Made by a program: the position numbers and the translations under genes. Shown here piece after piece: positions 1 to 11,044 of a stretch of DNA of 64,000 nt (position 1 is the stretch's first letter; each line of letters opens with the position of its first letter). Below the pieces are notes generated by a model. That model was not told the DNA's origin and searched no databases. It worked only from the letters and a program-made list of their open reading frames with translations. The DNA is from Mobula hypostoma (lineage: Eukaryota), in the NCBI RefSeq assembly GCF_963921235.1, contig NC_086097.1:197038001-197102000 (forward strand). The letters run 5' to 3'.

Positions 1-1765
1 AGATAGGACCAATTAGAGATAAAGGTGGGAAGATGTGCCTGGAGGCTGTGGAAGTGAGCGAGGTCCTCAATGAATACTTCTCTTCGGTATTCACCAATGA
101 GAGGGAACTGATGATGGTGAGGACAATATGAGTGAAGTTGATGTTCTGGAGCATGTTGATATCAAGGGAGAGGAGGTGTTGGAGTTGTTAAAATACATTA
201 GGACGGATAAGTCCCCGGGGCCTGATGGAATATTCCTCAGGCTGCTCCACAAGGCGAGGCAAGAGATTGCTGAGCCTTTGGCTAGGATCTTTTTGTCCTT
301 GTTGTCCACGGGAATGGTACCAGAGGATTGGAGGGAGGCGAATGTTGTCCCCTTGTTCAAAAAAGGTAGGGATAGTCCGGGTAATTATAGACCAGTGAGC
401 CTTACGTCTGTGGTGGGAAAGCTGTTGGAAAAGATTCTTAGAGATAGGATCTCTGGGCATTTAGAGAATCATGGTCTGATCAGGGACAGTCAGCATGGCT
501 TTGTGAAGGGCAGATCATGTCTAACAAGCCTGATAGAGTTCTTTGAGGAGGTGACCAGTCATGTAGATGAGGGTAGTGCAGTGGATGTGGTCTGTATGGA
601 TTTTAGTAAGGCATTTGACAGTGTTCCTCACGGTCGGCTTATTCAGAAAGTCAGAAGGCATGGGATCCAGGGAAGTTTGGCCAGGTGGATTCAGAATTGG
701 CTTGCCTGCAGAAGGCAGAGGGTCGTGGTGGAGGGAGTACATTCAGATTGGAGGATTTTGACTAGTGGTGTCCCACAAGAATCTGTTCTGGGACCACTAC
801 TTTTCGTGATTTTTATTAGCGACCTGGATGTTGGGGTAGAAGGGTGGGTTGGCAAGTTTGCAGACGACACAAAGGTTGGTGGTGTTGTAGATGGTGTTGT
901 ACATAGTGTCGAGGATTGTCAAAGATTGCAGAGAGACATTGATAGGATGCAGAAGTGGGCTGAGAAGTGGCAGATGGAGTTCAACCCGGAGAAGTGTGAG
1001 GTGGTACACTTTGGAAGGACAAACTCCAAGGCAGAGTACAAAGTAAATGGCAGGATACTTGGTGGTGTGAAGGAGCAGAGGGATCTGGGGGTACATGTCC
1101 ACAGATCCCTGAAAGTTGCCTCACAGGTGGATAGGGTAGTTAAGAAAGCTTATGGGGTGTTAGCTTTCATAAGTCGAGGGATAGAGTTTAAGAATCGCGA
1201 TGTAATGATGCAGCTCTATAAAACTCTGGTTAGGCCACACTTGGAGTACTGTGTCCAGTTCTGGTTGCCTCACTATAGGAAGGATGTGGAAGTATTGGAA
1301 AGGGTACAGAGGAGATTTACCAGAATTGCTGCTTGGTTTAGAGAGTATGCATTATGATCAGAGATTAAGGGAGCTTGGGCTTTACTCTTTGGAGAGAAGG
1401 AGGATGAGCGGAGACATGATAGAGGTGTACAAGATAATAAGAGGAATAGATAGAGTGGATAGCCAGTGCCTCTTCCCCAGGGCACCACTGCTCAATACAA
1501 GAGGACATGGCTTTAAGGTAAGGGGTGGGAAGTTCAAGGGGGATATTAGAGGAAGGTTTTTTACTCAGAGAGTGGTTGGTGCGTGGAATGCACTGCCTGG
1601 GTCAGTGGTGGAGGCGGATACACTCGTGAAGTTTAAGAGACTACTGGACAGGTATATGGAGGAATTTAAGGTGGGGGGGGCGTATATGAGAGGCAGGGTT
1701 TGAAGGTGGGTACAACATTGTGGGCCGAAGGGCCTGTACTGTGCTGTACTATTCTATGTTCTATG
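1..1765 (+). mobile_element. CR1 LINE, 3' part of ORF2 (RT) plus 3' UTR; runs off the window start
   Basis: ORF 128-1357 has KSPGPDG, NYRPVSLTS, DFSKAFD, GVPQESVLGP, KFADD; frameshifted continuation in ORF 1251-1703; ends in TTCTATGTTCTATG tail. Confidence 0.95.
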
Positions 1766-4700
1766 AAGGTTTAATAGAGATGTTAGGGAGGGTTTAAACT
1801 AATTTGGCAGGGGGATGGGAACCGGAATGACAGAGCAGAGGAGGGGGAAAACAGAAATAAATCTCAGATAGTCAGCAGTAAAGATGTCAGGAAGCACAGG
1901 TGGGGGATGAGGCAAATTTGCAGCCATTGGGATGAGTTGCAGTGCAATAAAGTTGCAGTACAATCAAAACAAAAAGTACCAAATACTGGACTTAAGGTGT
2001 TATGCATGCAGCATAAGGAATAAGGTGGATAATCTTGTCATACAGCTGCAGATTGGCAGGTATGATATTGTGGCCATCACTGAGACATGTCTAAAGGATG
2101 CATGTCTCTGGGAGCTGAACGTCCAAGGATACATGGTGTATTGGAAGGATAGGCAGGTAGGCAGAGGGGGTGGCGTGGCTTTATTTGTAAGAAATGATAT
2201 TAAATCATTAGAAAGAGGTGACATAGGATCAGAAGGTGCAGAATCGTTATGGGTTGAGCTAAGAAATCGCAGGGGTAAAAGGACCCTGAAGGCAGTTATA
2301 TACAGGCCTCCTAACAGCTGCCATGATGAGGACTACAAATTACAACAGGAAATAGAAAAGGCTTGTCAGAAGGGCAGTGTTATGATAATTGTGGGGGATT
2401 TTAACATGCGAGTGGATTGGGAAAATCAGGTCGGCACTGGATCTCGAGAGAGAATTTGTAGAATGTTTACGAGATGGCTTTTTAGAACAGCTTGTTGTTG
2501 AGCCCAGTAGGGGATCGGCTGTACTGGATTGGGTATTGTGTAATGAACCAGAGATGATAAGAGAGATTGTGAAGGAACCCTTAGGAGGCAGTGATCATAA
2601 CATAATTGAGTTCACTGTGAAATTTGAGAAAGAGAAGCCAAAATCCGATTTGTCGATATTTCAGTGGAGTAAAGGAAATTACAGTGGCATGAGAGAGGAA
2701 CTGGCCAAAGTTGACTGGAAAGGGACACTAGCGGGAAGGACAGCAGAGCAGCAGTGGTTGAAGTTTATGCGAGAAGTGAGGAAGGTGCAAGACAGATATA
2801 TTCCAAAAAAGAAGAAATTTTCTAATGGAAAAAGGATGCAACTGTGGTTGATAAGACAAGTCAAAGCAAAGGAGAGGGCATACAAGGAAACAAAAATTAG
2901 TGGGAAGACAGAGGATTGGGAAGCTTTTAAAAGCTTGCAAAAGGAAACTAAGAAGGTCACTAAGAGGGAAAAGATGCATTATGAAAGGAAGCTAGCAATA
3001 ATATCAAAGAGGATACTAAAAGCTTTTCCAAGTATATAAAGAGTAAAAGACTGGTGAGAGTAGATATAGGACCGATCGAAAATGATGCTGGAGAAATTGT
3101 AATGGGAGATAAGGAGATGGCAGAGGAACTGAATGAGTATTTTGCATCAGTCTTCACTGAGGAAGACAGCAGTATACCGGACACTCAAGGGTGTCAGGGA
3201 AAAGAAGTGTGTGCAGTCACAATTACGACAGAGAAAGTAGTCAGGAAGCTGAATAGTCTAAGGGTAGATAAATCTCCCGGACCAGATGGAATGCACCCTC
3301 GTGTTCTGAAGGAAGTAGCTGTGGAGATTACGGAGGCATTAGCAATGATCTTTCAAAAGTCGATAGATTCTGGCATGGTTCCGGAGGATTGGAAGATTGC
3401 AAATGTCACTCCGCTATTTAAGAATGGGGCAAGGAAGCAAAAAGGAAATTATAGACCTGTTAGCTTGACATCGGTGGTTGGGAAGTTGTTGGAGTCGATT
3501 GTCAAGGATGAGGTTACGGAGTACCTGGAGGCCTGTGACAAGATCGGCAGAACTCAGCATGGTTTCCTAAAAGGAAAATCCTGCCTGACAAAAATCTTGA
3601 AATTTTTTGAGGAAATTACCAGTAGGCTAGACAAGGGAGATGCTGCGGATGTTGTGTATTTGGATTTTCAGAAGGCCTTTGACAAGGTGCCGCACGAGGC
3701 TGCTAAACAAGATAAGAGCCCATGGAATTATGGGAAAGTTACATATGTGGATAGAGCGTTGGCTGATTGGCAGGAAACAGAGAGTGGGAATAAAGGGATC
3801 CCATTCTGGTTGGCTGCCGGTTACCAGTGGTGTTCCACAGGGGTCCGTGTTGGGGCCGCTTCTTTTTACTTTGTACATCAACGATTTGGATTATGGAATA
3901 GATGGCTTTGTGGCTGAGTTTGCTGATGATACAAGGATAGGTGGAGGGGCCGGTAGTGCTGAGGAAACAGAGAGTCTGCAGAGAGACTTGGATAGTTTGG
4001 GAGAATGGGCAAAGAAGTGGTAAATGAAATGCAATGTTGGAAAGTGTATGTTTATGCACTTTGGCAGAAGAAAGAAGTGGGCAGACTATTATTTAAGTGG
4101 GGAGAGAATTCAAAGTTCTGAGATGCAACGGGACTTGGGAGTCCTCGTGCAGGATACCCTTAAGGTTAACCTCCAGGTTGAGTTGGTGGTGAAGAAGGCG
4201 AATGCAATGTTGGCATTCATTTCTAGAGGAATAGAGTATAGGAGCAGGGATGTGATGTTGAGGCTCTGTAAGGCGCTGGTGAGACCTCACTTGGAGTACT
4301 GTGTGCAGTTTTGGGCTCCTTATTTAAGAAAGGATGTACTGATGTTATAGAGGTTCAGAGAAGATTCACTGGAGTGATTCCAGAAATGAGAGGGTTAACT
4401 TAAGAGGAACGTTTGACCGCTCTTGGACTGTACTCCTTGGAGTTTAGAAGAATGAGGGAGGAACCTCATAGAAACATTTCGAATGTTGAAAGGCATGGAC
4501 AGAGTGGATATGGCAAAGTTGTTTCCCATGGTGGGGGAGTCTGGTACGAGAGGGCATGACTTAGGGATTGAAGGGCGCCCATTCAGAACAGAGATGCAAA
4601 GACATTTTTTTAGCCAGAGGGTGGTGAATCTGTGGTATTTGTTGCCACAGGTGGCAGTGAAGGTCGTCAGTGGGTATTTTAAGACAGAGATTGATAGGTA

Positions 4701-4839
4701 TCTGGGTAGCCAGGGCCATCAAAGGTTATGGCGAGAAGGCGGGGGAGTGGGACTAAATGGGAGAATGGATCAGCTCAATGAATGGCGGAACAGATTCGAT
4801 GGGCCAAATGGCGGACTTCTCCTTTGTCTTATGGTCTTA
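1766..4839 (+). mobile_element. CR1 LINE (end of ORF1, APE endonuclease, RT, 3' tail), frameshifted
   Basis: EN motifs AITET, IYRPP, GDFN, GSDH in ORFs 1932-3039; RT motifs in ORFs 3054-4350; tail TCTTATGGTCTTA. Confidence 0.93.
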
Positions 4840-4861
4840 AGACTCCCAGAAGGTTAATTTA

Positions 4862-5086
4862 CACGCAAACAACAGGAATTCTGCAGATGCTGGAAATTCA
4901 AGCAACACACATCAAAGTTGCTGGTGAACGCAGCAGGCCAGGCAGCATCTGTAGGAAGAGGTGCAGTCGACGTTTCAGGCCGAGACCCTTCGTCAGGACG
5001 AGAGGGTCTCGGCCTGAAACGTCGACTGCACCTCTTCCTACAGATGCTGCCTGGCCTGCTGCGTTCACCAGCAACTTTGATGATGG
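4862..5086. mobile_element. Penelope-like element pLTR fragments, inverted pair, 11-bp TSD
   Basis: Arms 4910-4989 and 5003-5082 are exact reverse complements; AGGTTAATTTA duplicated at 4851-4861 and 5087-5097; related sequence follows the GIY-YIG ORF remnant at 49210-50110. Confidence 0.85.
4965..4999 (-). ncRNA. Minimal type-I hammerhead ribozyme motif (PLE type) with intact core
   Basis: Minus strand reads GUC-CUGACGA-AGGGUCUCGGCCU-GAAAC-GUC^GAC: core CUGANGA/GAAA/UH, stem I GUC/GAC, stem II AGG/CCU, palindromic ACGU in place of stem III. Confidence 0.75.
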
Positions 5087-5744
5087 AGGTTAATTTATAG
5101 GTCAAGCCTGTGGTAAAGAAGGCAAATGCATTGTTTGGCATTTATTTCAAGGGGAATAGAATATAAAAGCATGGAGATAATGCTGAGTCTTAATGTCGGG
5201 CTGCACTTGGAGTATTGTCAACAGTTTTGGGCCCATCTCCCAGAAAGGATATGTTGACATTGGAGAGTCCAGAGGAGGTTCACAAGGATTACTCTGGGAG
5301 TGAAGGGGTGAACATACGAGAAGCGTTTAGCGGCTTTGGACCTATACTTGCTGGAATTTAGAAGAATGCACGGGGATTTCATTGAAACCAACTGAATTTT
5401 GAAAGGACTAGATGGGATTGATGTGGAGAGGATGTTTCCCATGGTGGGGGTATCGAGAACTGAGGACACTCCCTCAAAATTGATGGGTGACCTTTTGGAA
5501 CCTTTAAGGAAGAATTTTTTTTTTAGCCAGAGAGTAGTGAATCTGTGGAATGCTCTGCGGTGGAGGCAGAAGTTGATTGTTTCCTGATCAGTCAGGGCAC
5601 CAAAGGATATGATGAGGAGGCAATTGTATGAGGTTGAGTAAGATCTGGGATCAGTCATGATGGAATAGTGGAATAGACTCAATGGGCTGAATAGCCAAAT
5701 TCTGCTCTTATGTCTTATGGTCATATCTCGTTTTTGCACATGCT

Positions 5745-8700
5745 CTCTAATTCAGGCAACATCCTGGTAAATTTCTGCACCCTCTCTAAAACCTCGACAT
5801 CCTTCCTTATAATGGGGCGACTTGAACTGTATGCAATATTCCAGATGTGGTCTAACTAGAGTTCTTATAAGCTGCAACATAACTTCCTGATGTTTGAACG
5901 CTATGCCTCAACTAAAATAAGCAAGCTTACCATTTAACTTCTTAACCACCTATCAACCTGTGTAGCCACTTTCAGGTATCTTAAACTTGGACTCCAAGAT
6001 CCCTCTGCTCATCAACACTGTTAAGGATTTTGCCATGACCAATGTATTGTCTCTTCATGTTTGACCTACCAAGGTACAACACTTCATATTTGGCTGGGTT
6101 AAACTGCATCTGCCACTTCTCTGCCCATATCTGCAACAGATCTGTGTCCAGCTGTTTTCTTTGCCAGACATCTATGGTATCCGCATATATATCACGCAGC
6201 AGAGGTCCCAATACAGATCCCTGTGGAACACCATGAATCACAGCCCTTCAGCTCGAATGTCCCTTTGACCACTACCCTCTGTCTTCAATGGATAAGCCAG
6301 TTTTGAATCTCAACAGCCAATTCATAATGGATCCCATGCACATTAATTTTCTCAATAAGCCTCCTATGGGGGTCCTTGTCAAACATCTTACTGAAATCCA
6401 TATAAACAACGTTCACAGCTATATCTTCATCAATCACTCATATCATCTCACCAGAAATGGGTAAGAGTGACCATAATATGGTGGAATTCTTCATTAACAT
6501 GGAGAGTGACGTAGTTAATTCAGAAACAAAGGTTCTGAACTTAAAGAGGGGTAACTTTGAAGGTATGAGACATGAATTAGCTAAGATAGACTGGCAAATG
6601 ACACTTCAAGGATTGACGGTGGATATGCAATGGCAGGCATTTAAAGGTTGCATGGATGAACTGCAACAATTGTTCATCCCAGTTTGGCAAAAGAATAAAT
6701 CAAGGACCCGTGGCTGACAAGAGAAATTAGGGATAGTATCAATTCCAAAGAAGTAGCATACAAATTAGCCAGAGAAAGTGGCTCACCTGAGGACTGGGAG
6801 AAATTCAGAGTTCAGCAGAGGAGGACAAAGGGCTTAATTAGGAAGGGGAAAAAAGACTATGAGAGAAAACTGGCAGAGAACATAAAAACGGACTGTAAAA
6901 GCTTTTATAGATATGTAAAAAGGAAAAGACTGATAAAGACAAATGTAGGTCCCCTGCAAACAGAAACAGGTGAATTGATTATGGGGAGCAAGGACATGGC
7001 AGACCAATTGAATAATTACTTTGGTTCTGTCTTCACTAAGGAGGACATAAATAATCTTCCAGAAATAGTAAGGGACAGAGGGTCCAGTGAGATGGAGGAA
7101 CTGAGCGAAATACATGTTAGTAGGGAAGTGGTGTTAGGTAAATTGAAGGGATTGAAGGCAGATAAATCCCCAGGGCCAGATAGTCTGCATCCCAGAGTGC
7201 TTAAGGAAGTGGCCCAAGAAATAGTGGATGCATTAGTGATAATTTTTCAAAACTCGTTAGATTCTGGACTAGTTCCTGAGGATTGGAGGGTGGCTAATGT
7301 AACTCCACTTTTTAAAAAAGGAGGGAGAGAGAAACCGGGGAATTATAGGCCGGTTAGCCTAACGTCGGTGGTGGGGAAACTGCTGGAGTCAGTTATCAAG
7401 GATGTGATAACAGCACATTTGGAAAGCGGTGAAATGATCGGACAAAGTCAGCATGGATTTGTGAAAGGAAAATCATGTCTGACGAATCTCATAGAATTTT
7501 TTGAGGATGTAACTAGTAGAGTGGATAGGGGAGAACCAGTGGATGTGGTATATTTGGATTTTCAAAAGGCTTTTGACAAGGTCCCACATAGGAGATTAGT
7601 GTGCAAACTTAAATCACACGGTATTGGGGGTAAGGTATTGGTGTGGGTGGAGAATTGGTTAGCAGACAGGAAGCAAAGAGTGGGAATAAACGGGACCTTT
7701 TCAGAATGGCAGGCGGTGACTAGTGGGGTACCGCAAGGCTCAGTGCTGGGACCCCAGTTGTTTACAATATATATTAATGACTTGGATGAGGGAATTAAAT
7801 GCAGCATCTCCAAGTTTGCGGATGACACAAAGCTGGGTGGCAGTGTTAGCAGTGAGGAGGATGCTAAGAGGATGCAGGGTGACTTGGATAGGTTGGGTGA
7901 GTGGGCAAACTCATGGCAGATGCAATTTAATGTGGATAAATGTGAAGTTATCCACTTTGGTGGCAAAAATAGGAAAACAGATTATTATCTGAATGGTGGC
8001 CGATTAGGAAAAGGGGAGGTGCAACGAGACCTGGGTGTCATTATACACCAGTCATTGAAAGTGGGCATGCAGGTACAGCAGGCGGTGAAAAAGGCGAACG
8101 GTATGCTGGCATTTATAGCGAGAGGATTCGAGTACAGGAGCAGGGAGGTACTACTGCAGTTGTACAAGGCCTTGGTGAGACCACACCTGGAGTATTGTGT
8201 GCAGTTTTGGTCCCCTAATCTGAGGAAAGACATCTTTGCCATAGAGGGAGTACAAAGAAGGTTCACCAGATTGATTCCTGGGATGGCAGGTCTTTCATAT
8301 GAAGAAAGACTGGATGAACTGGGCTTGTACTCGTTGGAATTTAGAAGATTGAGGGGGGATCTGATTGAAACGTATAAGATCCTAAAGGGATTGGACAGGC
8401 TAGATGCGGGAAGATTGTTCCCGATGTTGGGGAGGTCTAGAACGAGGGGTCACAGTTTGAGGATAGAGGGGAAGCCTTTTAGGACCGAGGTTAGGAAAAA
8501 CTTCTTCACACAGAGAGTGGTGAATCTGTGGAATTCTCTGCCACAGCAAACTGTTGAGGCCAGTTCATTAGCTATGTTTAAAAGGAAGTTAGATATGGCC
8601 CTTGTGGCTACAGGGGTCAGGGGGTATGGAGGGAAGGCTGGGTTCTGAGTTGGATGATCAGCCATGATCATAATAAATGGCGGTGCAGGCTCGAAGGGCC

Positions 8701-9185
8701 GAATGGCCTACTCCTGCACCTATTTTCTATGTTTCTATAAACCTCAATCAAGTTAGTAAGACATAATTTGCCTTGCACAAATCCATGCTGGCTCTTCCTA
8801 ATTATGCCATGGTTTTCCAAATGCTCATAAATCCTATCTTAAAGAATTCTCTCCAGTAACCTCCTTACCATTGACATGAGACTCACTGGCCTGTAGTTTC
8901 TGGGATAATGCCCGGTTCCATTCTTGAATAATGGAACAACATTAATACTCACCAGTCCACCGAGACCTTGCCTGTGACCAGCGAGGACACAGAGATATTT
9001 GTTAAGTCCCCAGCAGTCACTTCTCTCAATAACCTGGGATATATCTCATTAGGCCCTGGGACTTAGCTACCTTAATGCTCTTTACAAGACCCAACACTAC
9101 CTCCTCCTTTAGCTCAATACATTCAGCACTGATCTCCTTATCCTCCATGTCCTCCTTCGTTAGCACTGATGTAATATACTTAATA
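5745..9185 (-). mobile_element. Decayed CR1 RT fragment split by a younger CR1 (6456-8738)
   Basis: Minus ORF 5981-6241 GVPQGSVLGP...WAEKWQMQFNPAK; the two halves are collinear across the insert. Confidence 0.85.
6456..8738 (+). mobile_element. Young 5'-truncated CR1 LINE with uninterrupted RT domain
   Basis: Frame open from about 6708 (PWLTREI) through ORF 6975-8648 (557 aa); one frameshift near 6705; tail TTTCTATGTTTCTAT. Confidence 0.96.
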
Positions 9186-9186
9186 A

Positions 9187-9260
9187 GGACACATGGCCAA
9201 GTGGTTAAGGCATTGAACTAGTGACCTGAAGGTCATAAGTTCAAGCCCCAGCCAAGGCAA
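9187..9260 (+). mobile_element. tRNA-derived SINE head only
   Basis: A box TGGCCAAGTGG and B box GTTCAAGCC; matches the heads of the SINEs at 14830, 20582 and 54953. Confidence 0.8.
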
Positions 9261-9393
9261 GTACGGGACAGTTGGCAACTCTATGTTCAAGTTCAACAGT
9301 GCGTGACGGAATGAGGAAGAGTGCAGCTGACTCATATCATTGCCTCGCAGCCTGGTAGCACATGCTTTGCGGCCCGGTGGTTGGGGACCACTG
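9261..9393 (-). mobile_element. One end of a hAT/Charlie-like MITE
   Basis: Reverse complement begins CAGTGGTCCCCAACC, a Charlie-type TIR; no partner TIR found. Confidence 0.55.
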
Positions 9394-10399
9394 GTGTAAT
9401 GGACAAGTGTCTCAACATGTTACCTTCTCAAAGGTGTTCCTATAAATGTTTACATAACAAATTTGCACTCTAGATGTTGCTACTGAAGCATTATTCATGA
9501 ATGATAGGCATTTGTGTTTAGGGACTGTAAATTTGCAACATTTATGTGACATCTAATCTGTTGGCCACAATGTTGTGAGGTACTTCAAATTACAAGCACA
9601 CTGTTGTTTTAGAACTAAAACTGCAAGTAAATGCCAATACCAGAGGGCATTGTTTAAGCTGAGTAGAGGAAAGTTCAGGGGAGATATCAGAGGTACATTA
9701 TTTTTGTACAGTGTGAGTTGGATGCCTGGAACACACTATTGGAATGGTATTAGAGACTGATACAATAGGGGCGTTTAAAAGACTTAGATAGGCATATGGA
9801 TGTAAGGAAAACAAATGCTTTTGACTGTTTGGGGGGGGAAGGATTAGATTGATCATGGAGTAGGTTTATATTGGTTGCCACAACATCATCAACTGAAGGA
9901 CTCATACTGTGCTGTCTTGTTTGATGATCTATGTTTGACTGTGATTCTGAACTCAAATAATGTAGCCTACATCAACTCTCTATTTGTGAATTTGTTTTCA
10001 CCGCCTTTTCGGACAGTAGATTCAACTTGCTAACTTACTGCACTGAAGAATTTTTTCTCTTCACTGGATCTGTTGCTTAGCCATTCCTCCGTCTACCTTT
10101 CAGCCTTTCTGCTGGTAAAAGCAGCTTCTCTCCATTTACTATTTAAAGAAAACCAAACTTAGATCTTTGTACCTAAATCTTTTGTCATGCTGCTTTGTTT
10201 GAAGAGGCAACACCTCTCCAGTCTCTTGTATATTCTAGTAAGTGTCTCTCCAAAGTGTTGTGCCTGAAATGAGAGTCAGTATGTCAGCAGAGATCCATCC
10301 AGCATCTTGAACTGTGAAAACAATATCTGTGCTTCTATTTCTTTGTTCTTTTTAAACCTAAAGAATTCGCTGGACTTTTTAGAAAGCTTTGTTACTACT

Positions 10400-10775
10400 A
10401 AGAACATAAATAGGAGTCAAGCCTACTCTGCCATTCAATAAAATGATGGCTCAGTTCACCAATCTTCCTTTTACCTCATACACCTTAATTCCACTACTAG
10501 ATAAAAAATCTATCTAACTTTGTCCGAAATACATTTAGTGAGTTAGCCTCTACTGCTTCTTGGGCAGAGAATTCCACAGTTTCACCACTCTTTAGGGAAA
10601 AGCAGTTCCTCCTAATCTCCATCCTAAAGCTACTCTCCCAAATCGTGAGGCTATGTTCCTTAGTTCTTGTTTCATCTGCCAGTAGAGCAACTTATCTATC
10701 CCTTTTCATAATTTTGCATGTTTCTATATGTTCCCTTCTCATTCTTCTGAATCCCATCAAGTATTGTCTCAGGCA
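10400..10775 (-). mobile_element. Old CR1 3' end
   Basis: Reverse complement of CR1 post-RT and 3' UTR sequence (GAATTCCACAGTTTCACCACTCT on +). Confidence 0.7.
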
Positions 10776-11044
10776 GTTATTTGTCAGCTTTTCAAGCTTT
10801 GGATTCGTGAAACCTGACGTCTCTGTTCCTGCACCTCAGAAAGCATCACAGTTCTGAAAAAGTATTTTCATGGAGGGAATACAAAACAGGTCACTGGATT
10901 GATTCTTGAAATATAAATGTGGTAAGCAGTGAAAACGCATGGTTATAGACTACAAGGACAGCGCATAAATCAGTGAAAGCAGAGGGTTACGTTCAGAGAT
11001 TGGTGAGTAAGAAAGATGGAATTTTCAGATTCCCAAGTAGAGCC

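Larger units (their letters stand above)
4840..5725 (+). mobile_element. Older CR1 3' fragment interrupted by a Penelope-like insert
   Basis: GACTCCCAGAAGGTTAATTTA resumes after 5086 with GTGGTAAAGAAGGCAAATGCA; post-RT motifs FFSQRVVNLWNAL; tail ATGTCTTATGGTCA. Confidence 0.85.

Noticed and set aside
4862..5086. Palindrome as a DNA-transposon MITE, CRISPR repeat or pre-miRNA
   Set aside because: Arms are asymmetric, single-arm copies exist, TSD lengths vary (9-13 bp), there are no spacers, and related sequence follows a PLE ORF
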